In this document: positions 9,626 to 22,098 of the stretch, piece by piece
Layout of the letters: each line of letters starts with the position of its first letter
Numbering within the stretch: the stretch's first letter is position 1
Assembly (NCBI GenBank): GCA_965217895.1
Contig: CBDCJV010000002.1
Location: forward strand, 5,088,001-5,152,000
Reading direction: 5' to 3'
Source: Waterburya sp.
Lineage (GTDB): Bacteria; Cyanobacteriota; Cyanobacteriia; Cyanobacteriales; Xenococcaceae
Length of the DNA: 64,000 nucleotides
Translations under genes and position numbers: made by a program
The notes under the pieces: model-generated
Databases searched by the model: none
What the model was told of the DNA's origin: nothing
Seen by the model: only the letters and a program-made list of their open reading frames with translations

Positions 9626-11443
9626 TTAATTAAAAACCTCTCCTGTTTCTTGTAAAGAATGAAGGCGGTGATAAATACCGCCCTGGTTTAGTAATTCCGA
9701 GTGACTGCCTACTTCAATTATTTTCCCTGCGTCTAACACCACAATCTTGTCAGCTTCGCGAATAGTGCTGAGACGGTGAGCGATAATAAGGGTGGTGCGA
9801 GTACCTAATATAGACTTCATGGCTAGCTGAATCGAGCGTTCTGATTCATAGTCTAGGCTAGATGTTGCCTCGTCAAAAATTAGGATATCGGGATCGACTA
9901 CTAACGCTCGTGCAATGCCTAAACGTTGTTTTTGTCCGCCAGAAAGCCTTACGCCTCTTTCTCCGACTACAGTTGAATATCCTTGGGGTAATTCATCAAT
10001 AAATTCGTCAACTCTGGCGATGCGACAGGCTTGTTTGACTTTTTCTCGGTCTGCTTGAAGATTACCGTAGATCAGGTTATCCCAGACTGTACCATTAAAT
10101 ATATCTACATCCTGATGGACGATCGCCAGTCGGCGACGATAGTGTGCCACATTTAGGGTGCGAATATCTTCCCCGTCGATTAAAATTGACCCTTGATTGG
10201 GTTCAAAATAGCGAAATAATAGCTTAACTAAAGTAGACTTTCCCGAACCAGAACGACCAACTAAAGCGACAGTCTGATAGGGTTTTACTAGCAGGTTGAT
10301 ATCTTGCAAAATGAGGCGATCGCGATCGTATCCAAAGCTAAGATGATTCAGTTCTAACTTACCCTGAAATTTATAGGGATTATTTCCCGCATCTTCTTTT
10401 ACTAAACTGGCAGCATCCACTCCAGATTCTAGCTTCATAAAGTCGTGAAAACGTCTCATTGAAGCATAGCGACGGGCAAAGATTTCGGCTAGTTGGCTAA
10501 TAGGCTCTAATTCGGCATAAGCCATGCTAGAAACCGTCAAAGTAGTCACAAAATGACCAAGAGTAATGTTACCCCTAACGGTAGAAATCAAGGTAAATAA
10601 GAGAACTAAAAAGACACAGGTTTGAATTACAGTCCGTGACCAGGTGATCAGATTTACATAACCCTTGTGGATGCGATAGTTGACGTATTTAAATTCTCTT
10701 TCAAATCGCTGTTGTTGCCTAGAATATTCTTGAGCTTCGGTAGCAAAAGATTTGACGGTTTTGATATTGGTAATAATTTCTGAGGTACGACTTTCAGTAT
10801 TTTCCTGATGCTTTGCCAATAATTCTTCTTTAGCAACTAGAAACTGTAGGTGTTTGAGGCTGTATCCTAGAATCACAACAAAAGAAAGCAAAAAAGCGAT
10901 CGCAATTCCTGGTGCAATAAACAAGATCATCACAAAAATACCCAAGATACGCGCCAGCTTAGGAAGCAACTGCCCCGCAATTTCTGGATATGTCCAGGTA
11001 TGATTTTCAATGCCTCTAGCTATTCTGCCCGCAATGCGCCCAGGATTATTCTCATCGTAATAACCCAAGGGTAAGGTTAGAATCTTGCCTACCACTTTAC
11101 TAAAGTGATCCCGCCTTGTCCTCAAAGCAATATCCCAGTGATACCATACCCCAATCCAGGGCTGGATTGGCGATCGCACCACCGTAACGATAAAAATTAC
11201 TCCTAGCAATACACTCAAAGATAACCATTGAGAGTTAGGAAAGTTGCCCAAATTTTGCACTAGAACAATTAAAGCAGCCACTGGGGCATCCAATGGCTGA
11301 TTAGACAAGACATTAAGAATCTGTCCAATACCGTAGGGGACTACCAAATCAATAATTTCAAATAGGCTAGAAGCAGCGATACTAAAAATTGCGATCGCTC
11401 TATACTTACGAAAATAGCCAACAAGATCGCGCCAAGAAGACAT
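9626..11443 (-). CDS. ABC exporter, fused permease and ATPase
   Basis: TM domain, GRSGSGKS Walker A, LSGGQ signature, DEATSSLD; ATG at 11443 preferred as start. Confidence 0.93.
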   Translation of the reverse strand: MSSWRDLVGYFRKYRAIAIFSIAASSLFEIIDLVVPYGIGQILNVLSNQPLDAPVAALIVLVQNLGNFPNSQWLSLSVLLGVIFIVTVVRSPIQPWIGVWYHWDIALRTRRDHFSKVVGKILTLPLGYYDENNPGRIAGRIARGIENHTWTYPEIAGQLLPKLARILGIFVMILFIAPGIAIAFLLSFVVILGYSLKHLQFLVAKEELLAKHQENTESRTSEIITNIKTVKSFATEAQEYSRQQQRFEREFKYVNYRIHKGYVNLITWSRTVIQTCVFLVLLFTLISTVRGNITLGHFVTTLTVSSMAYAELEPISQLAEIFARRYASMRRFHDFMKLESGVDAASLVKEDAGNNPYKFQGKLELNHLSFGYDRDRLILQDINLLVKPYQTVALVGRSGSGKSTLVKLLFRYFEPNQGSILIDGEDIRTLNVAHYRRRLAIVHQDVDIFNGTVWDNLIYGNLQADREKVKQACRIARVDEFIDELPQGYSTVVGERGVRLSGGQKQRLGIARALVVDPDILIFDEATSSLDYESERSIQLAMKSILGTRTTLIIAHRLSTIREADKIVVLDAGKIIEVGSHSELLNQGGIYHRLHSLQETGEVFN

Positions 11444-11694
11444 TCTTTTGAAGGATGAAGGATAAGGAAAGAAAGGCAATACTGCTGAGATAAGCTTCTC
11501 TATTAATTAGTTGTGCTTAAAGTAGTAGGTAGTAAATGCCTACTAAACGAGAAGTACTGGAAAAAAAGTGATTTTTAAATGTTCACTGCTGAATGCTGAA
11601 TGTTCAATGGTCAGCACACTGACGGAAAAACTGCTTAGATATATAGAGGCAGTCAAGTCAGTTAATTAACAAATTTCATAAATTAAATATCTAA

Positions 11695-12960
11695 ATGTCT
11701 TTTAATTCCAGTTCTACTATAGCTATTCCTAACCTGCATCGCTTAGTTTTTGAGAATGGCATCACGTTAATAATCGTTGAAAACCAAGCTGCTGATATCA
11801 TTTCAGGTCGCTTCTTCCTTAAAAATGCTGGCACAATTGTTGAAAAACCAGAGCAAGCAGGAGTCTCTCAATTAGTTTCGGCGGTAATTACTAAAGGAAC
11901 AAAAAATTTATCGGCGTTAGAAATTGCCGATCAAATTGAGTCTATTGGCGCGGGTTTGGGTGCAGATACCTCTACTGATTATTTTTCCCTGAGTTTGAAA
12001 ACCGTATCGGCAGATTTTCTCCCCATGTTGAAATTGTTGGCGGAAATCATGCGATCGCCTACTTTTCCTGAATCAGAGGTAGAATTAGAGCGCAAGCTAA
12101 CTCTTCAGGGGATTCGTTCGCAAAAAGAACAGCCATTTAACGTAGCGTTCGATCAGTTGCGTCAACAGATGTATCCCAAACATCCCTATGGTATTTCGGC
12201 TTTGGGTACAGAAACTAGTGTAACTAATCTAACTCGTGATGATCTAATGCAGTATCATCAAACTTATTTTCGTCCCGATAATTTAGTTATCAGTTTGTCT
12301 GGCAGGATCGCCAAAGAGCAAGCAATAAATCTGATTTCTGAAGTTTTTGGCGACTGGCAAAAGCCCGAACAGCCCTGTCCTCCTGTCCAGATAACATCTC
12401 TTACCTCAAATCCTTTCCAATCAGAAATTATCCAAGATACCCAACAGTCTATTGTCATGCTGGGTTATTTAGGCACAAAGGTAAATCTGCAAGATTATCC
12501 TGTCTTAAAGCTTCTCAGTACTTATTTGGGTAATGGACTGTCTAGTCGTCTATTTGTGGAATTGCGAGAAAAACGTGGGTTAGCTTATGACGTTTCGGCT
12601 TTTTTCCCTACTCGTCTAGATGTAGCACCATTTATTACCTACATGGGAACAGCACCTTCTAATACTGAGATAGCTATTGAAGGCTTAAGTACGGAAGTAG
12701 AGCGATTAACCAAAGAAACGCTAACCGAAGAAGAGTTACAGGGAGCAAAAAATAAGCTTTTAGGACAGTATGCTTTGGGCAAACAAACTAATGGCGAAAT
12801 TGCTCAAACATTCGGCTGGTATGAAACTCTTGGTTTAGGAGTTGAATTTGACCAGACTTTTCAAGCTACTATTCCTCCTATTACTCCTGAGAGGGCAAAG
12901 GAGGTGGCAAACCGTTACTTAAGTCAACCCTATATTTCTTTAGTGAAGCCAGAAGCTTAG
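11695..12960 (+). CDS. M16 (pitrilysin-like) peptidase, non-catalytic-type subunit
   Basis: SSRLFVELREKRGLAY motif; HxxEH replaced by QLVSA. Confidence 0.88.
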   Translation: MSFNSSSTIAIPNLHRLVFENGITLIIVENQAADIISGRFFLKNAGTIVEKPEQAGVSQLVSAVITKGTKNLSALEIADQIESIGAGLGADTSTDYFSLSLKTVSADFLPMLKLLAEIMRSPTFPESEVELERKLTLQGIRSQKEQPFNVAFDQLRQQMYPKHPYGISALGTETSVTNLTRDDLMQYHQTYFRPDNLVISLSGRIAKEQAINLISEVFGDWQKPEQPCPPVQITSLTSNPFQSEIIQDTQQSIVMLGYLGTKVNLQDYPVLKLLSTYLGNGLSSRLFVELREKRGLAYDVSAFFPTRLDVAPFITYMGTAPSNTEIAIEGLSTEVERLTKETLTEEELQGAKNKLLGQYALGKQTNGEIAQTFGWYETLGLGVEFDQTFQATIPPITPERAKEVANRYLSQPYISLVKPEA

Positions 12961-13090
12961 GATGATCATGCTCTATCAGCGTTTTCTATCTATGCTTTTT
13001 AAAGACTCATAACTATAATCCGAGGTGACAATCATTAAACTGTTACACATTCGAGCGTGTTTTTGAGATAGATAGGCAAAAATACAAAGA

Positions 13091-13172
13091 GTGTGAGGAG
13101 TGAACTATCTAAGAAGCTTGTTTTTGGGATCGAAACACGGACAGAACCCCAAAGGCAAGCTTCTCTTTTTTT
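13091..13172 (+). ncRNA. yfr2: Yfr2-family sRNA
   Basis: 5' GTGTGAGGAGT, complementary to the Yfr1 motif ACTCCTCACAC; long stem agaagcttgtttttggg/cccaaaggcaagcttct with a GAAACACGG loop; T-tract. Confidence 0.8.
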
Positions 13173-13784
13173 GGTAGGTGAGAGGATGCTAATCTTTGTC
13201 CAACAAACAATCACCCATTGTCTTTAAAATTATTTATATAATGATTCCAACTGTCTTAACTGATGATGTAAACGTCTGATGTGAAATAAAAAAAGCTGAT
13301 TCTTCTGTTCCCATCCAAAATTTGTCTGTAAAAACCGAAATATAATACTGGGGGAACTTTCCACTACTACCCCCTGTTGGGGACGTAACGACCCTCCCCA
13401 AAGCCGAGACAACGTGGGGCGAATGTATTCGCCCCTTTAAGTGCCGTCTTCCGTAAACATTAACCATGATTTCACTCATCAGCTAATTTCTAATTATCTA
13501 AATGAAGAGTTGAATTTACTTGAGTCAGGTTCAGGTTCTCAAAAAATCTTTATTTCTCTGGAAATATTGGACTTTTTATAAGCTGATAGTGAAAAAGTCA
13601 ATTTACATTAGGCGTGATGTAAAGAAGTAACAAGAATTATCCTTAAAGCAACATAATTGTTGAGGTCAGATACATTTTTGTATTTCACGCTTATGATTTA
13701 CGCTATATTCCAATTAGAACCTATGCACTTATTAAAACAGCAGTATGTAGGCTTTTAAAAGATTTAGCGTTAATCTAAAACAAT

Positions 13785-14657
13785 ATGACTTGGGTAAAAA
13801 GCTTTTGGCAATTCTCTCGCCCTCACACAATTATTGGGACAAGTCTTAGTGTGCTGGCGTTGTACTTTATCTCATTAGCCACTACAGGGAATCCTGTAAC
13901 AACAACGAATTTAGAACAGATGTTGGCAGTTTGGTTAGCCTGTCTGTGTGGCAACGTCTATATTGTTGGTTTAAATCAACTTTACGATGTAGAAATAGAT
14001 CGCATCAATAAACCTGAACTTCCTTTGGCTTCGGGCAAGTTTACCATTGGGCAAGGTAAGTTAATTGTAAGTATTGCAGGTATCCTGGCGTTACTAACTG
14101 CTAGCTTATCAGGAATATGGTTATTTGCCACTGTAGCTACTAGTTTAATTATTGGTACAGCTTATTCATCACCGCCAGTACGTTTAAAACAGTTTCCTTT
14201 CTGGGCAGCTTTTTGTATACTCACTGTACGGGGAGTTATTGTCAATATTGGTCTGTTTTTGCATTATGGAGATAAGTTAAACGGTAAAGAAGCTTTAAAT
14301 CCCTATGTATGGACGTTGACTTTATTTATCTTACTATTTACAGTAGCGATCGCCATTTTTAAAGACGTGCCAGACTTAGAAGGTGATAGACAGTTCAATA
14401 TTAATACCTTCACTTTAGTTATCGGCAAGCTGGCGGTATTTAACCTTTCTCGTGGAGTAATTAGCGTTTGTTATTTAGGCATGATTGGGGCGGGTTTATT
14501 TTGGTTGACTTCTTTAAACGTCAGCTTTTTTATTGCTAGTCATTTGGTCTTATTGGGATTACTGTGGTGGCGTAGTCGTGATGTAGATTTATCAGAAAAA
14601 AGTGCGATCGCCGATTTCTATCAGTTTATCTGGAAACTCTTTTTCTTAGAGTATTTA

Positions 14658-14684
<27 letters not shown>
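13785..14684 (+). CDS. hpt: Homogentisate phytyltransferase (UbiA family)
   Basis: FSRPHTIIGT, NQLYDVEID, KDVPDLEGD and FYQFIWKLFF motifs; near the tocopherol cyclase gene. Confidence 0.93.
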
Positions 14685-16562
<1,878 letters not shown>

Positions 16563-16625
16563 ATATTAGAGTTAAACCCCGTCTGTCAAACGAAAACCGT
16601 AGTTTTTGAATCGGAGATTGAGCTA

Positions 16626-16832
16626 GTCACAGATTACTCCGCCCTAAACGGACGAAGCCTGCTGTGACCGTTGGTCAAACAGCAGGATATAATTTCTACT
16701 TGCTACTTGCTACTTACGAACAGTCAACTTAAAAACTCCTGGTTTCAACAAGTGCGTGGAAGCAAGGGATTAGCCGCAGCTAGCTTGGGAAACCCAAGCA
16801 TTTCCGCACTTCAAACTGGATGCGGTTTATTT
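16626..16832. mobile_element. IS200/IS605-family end remnants
   Basis: Hairpin ctccgccctaaacggacgaag inside gtcacag..ctgtgac, and a second hairpin ccgcacttcaaactggatgcgg; no transposase ORF. Confidence 0.4.
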
Positions 16833-16874
16833 GGGGCATTGTATAATTGCGAATAGCGTTGAAATCAACTTATT

Positions 16875-17447
16875 ATGACTGCTATTAATATTTCTGCATT
16901 TGTAGATAAAATAAGCGATCGCGATCTGGAAAAATTATGTTCGGATAACCCTGAAAGCAGATTTGAAACTACCCCTAAAGGAAGATTAATTGTCATGTCG
17001 CCAACAGGAAGCGAAAGCGGAAAGCGGAATGGAGATTTGTTCTTCCAAGTTGAATTGTGGAATCGTCGTTACAAATTAGGAGTTACTTTTGACTCTTCTA
17101 CAGGGTTTAAATTGTCAAATGGTGCAACAAGATCGCCTGATGTCAGTTGGGTAGAAAATGCTAAATGGGATAGCCTAAGTAAGCAGCAGCAAAGGAAATT
17201 TGCGCCTATAGATCCCAATTTCGTTATCGAACTAATGTCCCCCACTGACGATCTAGTAGAACTGCAACAGAAAATGCTCGAATATAAATCGTGTGGGGTT
17301 AAATTGGGGTGGTTGATTAACCCTGATGATAAAGAGGTGGAAATTTATCGTCCTGATGTGAAAAAAGAAATTCTGAGCAATCCAACTAGTTTGTCTGGAG
17401 ATAAAATATTATCTGATTTAACTGTAGATTTATCTGGAATATTTTAA
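16875..17447 (+). CDS. Uma2-family endonuclease-fold protein
   Basis: MSPTG, FDSSTGF, RSPDVSW, PNFVIELMS and LGWLINP motifs. Confidence 0.92.
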   Translation: MTAINISAFVDKISDRDLEKLCSDNPESRFETTPKGRLIVMSPTGSESGKRNGDLFFQVELWNRRYKLGVTFDSSTGFKLSNGATRSPDVSWVENAKWDSLSKQQQRKFAPIDPNFVIELMSPTDDLVELQQKMLEYKSCGVKLGWLINPDDKEVEIYRPDVKKEILSNPTSLSGDKILSDLTVDLSGIF

Positions 17448-17556
17448 TATCGATTAATTTACAATTTTAAAAGAAAAACCCATCCCTAACAAATAAAAAA
17501 GTGTGTCAGGAATGGATTCGTAATTAATTAGAAAATAAATTGTTTTAGAAAGCCAT

Positions 17557-19638
17557 TTAAGCAGCTTCTAATAAACCACTATGTCTCAATAATGGTTCGG
17601 TTTGTGGTTCTCTGCCACGGAATGATTGGAATACTTCCATGGGGTGTAGGCTACCTCCAAGAGAAAGTACGGTATCTTTGAATTTTTTACCCACAGATTT
17701 TACTGCTTGTTCGTCTTCTAAACCAGCTTCTTCAAAAGCTGCAAAAGCATCGGCACTAAGTACTTCTGCCCACTTATAGCTATAATATCCTGCTGCGTAT
17801 CCTCCAGCAAAAATATGCCCAAAAGCACAGAGGAAGTTATCTTCAGAAATAGGTTGCAAGACGCTAGTGGTTTTCGCAAGGCGATCGCGCACATCATTAG
17901 GAGTTTCTTCGCCTCCTGGTTCATAATTAGAATGAAGTTCCATATCTAACAGTCCAAAGTGTAGCTGACGCAACATAGCCGAACCACTCATGTAGTTTTT
18001 TGCCGCAACTAGCTTTTGGTAATATTCTTCAGGAAGAGTTTCGCCAGTTTGATAGTGTTTTGCCATACCGAAAAGAGTAGGACGATCATAACACCAGTTT
18101 TCCATAAACTGACTTGGTAATTCTACCGCATCCCATTCCACATTGTTAATTCCCGATGCACCTACATAATCGATGGTAGTTAACATATGCTGTAAACCAT
18201 GACCAAACTCATGGAAGAGTGTAGTTACTTCTCCAAAGGTCATTAGGCTTGGTTTATCATCTACAGGTGGAGTTTGGTTACAGATGAGATAAGCGACAGG
18301 TAGACGAGTTTCAGTTTGACCTTCAACGGTCATTTTAGCTCGACCAATGCAGTCGTTCATCCATGCACCACCGCGCTTTTCGGCGGGACGAGAATAAGGA
18401 TCGAGGTAGAAGAAAGCGATCGCATCTCCACTTTCATCAGCAATTTGAAAATATCTAACATCCTCATGCCATACGGGGGCTTGACCATCCGCAGCAGTAA
18501 TAGTTACCCCGAAAATGCGATTAGCTAAACCGAATAATCCGTCTAAAACTTTAGGTAATGAGAAGTAGGGGCGTAATTCTTCTTCATTGAAGTCAAACTT
18601 AGCTTCGCGCTGTTTTTCTGCCCAATAACTTACATCCCAATGCTTGAGTTCTTGTCCTGCAAAGGTTTTTAACTCCTCAAACTCTTTAACTGCCGCATCA
18701 TAGCTTGCACCGCGTAAATCATCCTGTAGCTTTTGTACCGCTGCTACATCTGGTGCCATTTTGCGTGCCAAACTCAACTCAGCAAAGTTATCAAAACCGA
18801 GAATATTTGCTTTCTCTTTTCTTAATTCTAAGATGCGATCAATATTACCGCGATTATCTAATTTTCCACTCGAAGCGCGAGAAACAGACGCTTGGTATAG
18901 CTTTTCTCGCAATTCCCTGTTAGTAGCATATTTCATATAGGGAATATAGCTAGGATAGTCTAAAGTCACCACCCAAGAACCATTTTCAGGAGTTGCATCT
19001 TCATCTCCCTCAGCCTTAGCGGTTTGCGCCATCAAGCCCAAAGCACTAGGAGGCAAACCTTCTACATCTTTTTTATCGGTTAGCTTAAGCTTGAAAGCCT
19101 TAGTCGCATCGAGAACGTTATTAGAAAACTTAGTCGAAAGTTCGGCTGACTCTAGCTGAATCTGATTAAATTTGTCTTTGGCTTCACCTTCTAAACCAAC
19201 ACCAGATAATTCAAAATCGCGAATGGAAGACTCTACAATACGTTGTTGTGCAGGTTCTAACTTGTCCCACTCCGCACCTTCTTTGATTCCTTTGAACGCT
19301 TCGTATAAAGGCTTACTCTGACTTAGTTTATTATAGAATTTGACTATCTCTGGCTGCATAGTCTCATAGGCTTCGCGCAACTCTGGACTATTCTTAACGC
19401 TCATCAAGTGTCCCACAATTCCCCAACTCCAGTCTAATCGCTCTTCTAATTCTGTCAGAGGTTCAACTAAACCAGACCAAGTAGGAGTTACATTCTCTTC
19501 TAGCTTGCTAACTTCTACCGTTAGTTCTTCTAGTAACTGTGTCATTGCAGGAACAACCTGTTCTGTCTTGATTTCGTTGAAGGGAGGTAAACCCTTACCA
19601 ATCAATAGGGGATTTTTAGTAATAGTTGCGTCTGTCAT
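17557..19638 (-). CDS. prlC: Oligopeptidase A (M3 family)
   Basis: HEFGH zinc motif, KRGGAWM, VELPSQFMENW, YSYKWAEVL. Confidence 0.93.
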   Translation of the reverse strand: MTDATITKNPLLIGKGLPPFNEIKTEQVVPAMTQLLEELTVEVSKLEENVTPTWSGLVEPLTELEERLDWSWGIVGHLMSVKNSPELREAYETMQPEIVKFYNKLSQSKPLYEAFKGIKEGAEWDKLEPAQQRIVESSIRDFELSGVGLEGEAKDKFNQIQLESAELSTKFSNNVLDATKAFKLKLTDKKDVEGLPPSALGLMAQTAKAEGDEDATPENGSWVVTLDYPSYIPYMKYATNRELREKLYQASVSRASSGKLDNRGNIDRILELRKEKANILGFDNFAELSLARKMAPDVAAVQKLQDDLRGASYDAAVKEFEELKTFAGQELKHWDVSYWAEKQREAKFDFNEEELRPYFSLPKVLDGLFGLANRIFGVTITAADGQAPVWHEDVRYFQIADESGDAIAFFYLDPYSRPAEKRGGAWMNDCIGRAKMTVEGQTETRLPVAYLICNQTPPVDDKPSLMTFGEVTTLFHEFGHGLQHMLTTIDYVGASGINNVEWDAVELPSQFMENWCYDRPTLFGMAKHYQTGETLPEEYYQKLVAAKNYMSGSAMLRQLHFGLLDMELHSNYEPGGEETPNDVRDRLAKTTSVLQPISEDNFLCAFGHIFAGGYAAGYYSYKWAEVLSADAFAAFEEAGLEDEQAVKSVGKKFKDTVLSLGGSLHPMEVFQSFRGREPQTEPLLRHSGLLEAA

Positions 19639-19761
19639 GTAAATAAATGCTTGCAAATCAATAGTTATATCTATTTACCCTAACGTTTTGTCTGTGTATA
19701 TTGCAGTAGCAAGCAGGTTGGGATTACCGAAATTTTGATTAAGCTTAGACGGAACTTAAGG

Positions 19762-20859
19762 CTAGCTAACTTTAGGTTGCTCGTAAGATATAACAATCGA
19801 CCTAAACTTTTCAGCATATTGGTAAATTTCTTTCAGATCTGTAATAGAAAATTTTTCTGAAACTTTATTTCCATTCTCATCAATTGAAAAAATTTCTATT
19901 TTCTTTTTCTCTGGATTATTGAAATGCAAGCGGACAATTGGTTTCCAACTATTATTATCAAAAAGAATATTGCAGTAAGTGGCGGTATCTTTATAGGTGA
20001 CTTTGGAAGGATCTATTATTGAACTTAAAATTGCTCTAAGAATATAATATCCTTCTCTTTCATTTTCAGTAAATTCAAGTTCATCTTCAGATGGCTCAAT
20101 TACTGGAGGAGGATCAATAACAGGAGGATTTACAACATCGTCTAAAAGATGCTTCATTTCTTCTGTAATGAATTCTTTAATTCCTCTAAGAGTATATTCA
20201 AAGAATTCTTCTTTTAATTTTCCCGAAAAAATATTGTCAGGACATAGTTCTTTAAAAAAGTATTTAACAAAATCATCACTCGGCAATTGCATTTGTCTTC
20301 TAAGTAAAGCTTTTATTCCTCCTACATATTTAAGTTCTGAAGCTGAGCTTATAGCATCTTTAACATCAAATGTAGATTTAGTTAGTTTAGAAAGTTCTTT
20401 AAGTGCTGACTCATTTAATTTCAGTAAATTAAGTTCTAAAAAAGGAGTTTTATCCATTTTATTTGGTCTTTCCAAGTCTGCGTAGAACTTATAAATTACG
20501 CCATTGGTTAAGATGCCAATTCGTGCATCGGTTGCTGAAAAATATGCAAATAACTGACTCCATTCATGATCATTTCCAAAATCGTTACCATAACATTTGC
20601 ATTCAATCAAAATGGATGGTTTGCCATCTTGAAATATTGCATAATCTAACTTAAATTTTTTTGCTGCACCTACATTAGCATCATATTCAGGCATGACTTC
20701 ATTGGGATCAAAAGCATCGTAACCTAATATATTTTGAATAAAAGGCATCACTAAAAACTGTTGAGTGGCTGCTTCCGTTTTAATTCCATCTAATTTTTGA
20801 GGAATTGTAGCTGCAAATGCTTTAATGCGATCAATGAAATCCATAAAATCATGCTCCAA
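19762..20859 (-). CDS. HsdR N-terminal-type (PD-(D/E)xK) restriction endonuclease-like protein
   Basis: TEAAT, LGYD, EVMPEY, LDYAI, LIECK and ILTNG motifs; very AT-rich. Confidence 0.82.
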   Translation of the reverse strand: MEHDFMDFIDRIKAFAATIPQKLDGIKTEAATQQFLVMPFIQNILGYDAFDPNEVMPEYDANVGAAKKFKLDYAIFQDGKPSILIECKCYGNDFGNDHEWSQLFAYFSATDARIGILTNGVIYKFYADLERPNKMDKTPFLELNLLKLNESALKELSKLTKSTFDVKDAISSASELKYVGGIKALLRRQMQLPSDDFVKYFFKELCPDNIFSGKLKEEFFEYTLRGIKEFITEEMKHLLDDVVNPPVIDPPPVIEPSEDELEFTENEREGYYILRAILSSIIDPSKVTYKDTATYCNILFDNNSWKPIVRLHFNNPEKKKIEIFSIDENGNKVSEKFSITDLKEIYQYAEKFRSIVISYEQPKVS

Positions 20860-20916
20860 TATCTTTTTATGTGGAAGTGAGCCTATACAATTATCATTCC
20901 CACATAAATCAAGAAA

Positions 20917-21105
20917 TCAACCAAATTTAAAGCAAATAAATAAATTATCTGGAATTGGTTCAAGCATTAATTTAATCGCGTTTTGTAATTTTGCGATCGC
21001 AGTTTCTTTTGTATCGTCACAGGAAAAAACAAAATTAAGCTCAGGGCAGGTAGCAGAATAAGCTTGTGCTTCTTCATCCCATTCAATAACTGCTTGAATA
21101 ACCAT
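20917..21105 (-). pseudogene. HicB-family antitoxin, short and probably degenerate
   Basis: AVIEWDEE..YSATCPEL..SCDDT.E.A matches the HicB N-terminal pattern; no hicA nearby. Confidence 0.6.
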
Positions 21106-21351
21106 AAATGCGTAATCTGTGTTTATTAAATTTTAGCTTGTCGAGATTAGAGAATGCGACCGCCTTTTAAGTTAGTAAAATATAGTTATTCTTACAGCTA
21201 ATATTGCATTTTTACTACTCTTTATTTTCGGAGAGTGGCAAAAGAGTAATATTTATAATCAATGGTTAAGATTCCAGTTTTAAAACCGCAAGAAGTTAAG
21301 TTGTTCTAATTTTGATAAATATCATTTTCGCTAATGGCTAATAATATTAAA

Positions 21352-22098
21352 TCAAATAAACAATAAAGGCTTATCTTTTAAAGGTGCAAAAGCTTTTGAA
21401 TTAAACTTATACAGACTTGCAGGGCGACCAGCACCACGAGATACCTTTACTCCTGTATCTAATAAAATACCCAGCTTTAATAAACGCGAGCGAAAATTAG
21501 AATAGTCAGAAAAGTTTTCACCTAAAATTGTACAGTAAAGCTGGTAAACTTCATTTAAAGTAAATTCTGGTGGCAAGACATCAAAAGCAATAGGGCTGTA
21601 TTGTAACTTGTTTTTAAGTCGATTCCAGCCATAACTGAGGATTTGATCGTGATCGAAAGCTAACTTAGGAATCTCGTTTACCTTGTACCAAGAAACACTA
21701 TTATCTGATTTAGTAATTATTTTGGCATTATCATATCTAAGCAAAGCAAAATAACTTACCGATAAATATCTTACTCCAAAGCTATCAAGATCTTCTCGAG
21801 GATCTCTACCAGGATTACCAAAGGAATATAGTTGTTCTAAATATAAATTATCTACCTGAATTTTTTCAGCTAAAGTGCGATAAGCAGCATCGGTTAGAGA
21901 TTCTCCTTGGCGTACTAATGTACCTGGTAAACTCCAGTGGCTTTTAAAAGGTTCTTCTTGTCTTTTACGTAGCAAAACTAAAACACGGTTATAGGTAGTA
22001 TCAACAGAAAAAATAACGTTATCTACACCAACTTTAAAATCAGCCAAACTCTCTAATTTGATTTTAGTCTTAGGTTTGATTTGAGAATTAGTTTTCAT
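21352..22098 (-). CDS. nrtR: NrtR-type Nudix transcriptional regulator of NAD metabolism
   Basis: Degenerate Nudix box, LEQLYSFG, LAFDH, C-terminal wHTH with NFR and GRPASLY; overlaps nadD by 4 nt. Confidence 0.85.
   Translation of the reverse strand: MKTNSQIKPKTKIKLESLADFKVGVDNVIFSVDTTYNRVLVLLRKRQEEPFKSHWSLPGTLVRQGESLTDAAYRTLAEKIQVDNLYLEQLYSFGNPGRDPREDLDSFGVRYLSVSYFALLRYDNAKIITKSDNSVSWYKVNEIPKLAFDHDQILSYGWNRLKNKLQYSPIAFDVLPPEFTLNEVYQLYCTILGENFSDYSNFRSRLLKLGILLDTGVKVSRGAGRPASLYKFNSKAFAPLKDKPLLFI

Noticed and set aside
13230..13479. Two short minus-strand ORFs (60 and 81 aa)
   Set aside because: They run through a REP-like palindrome and other hairpins; no recognisable family
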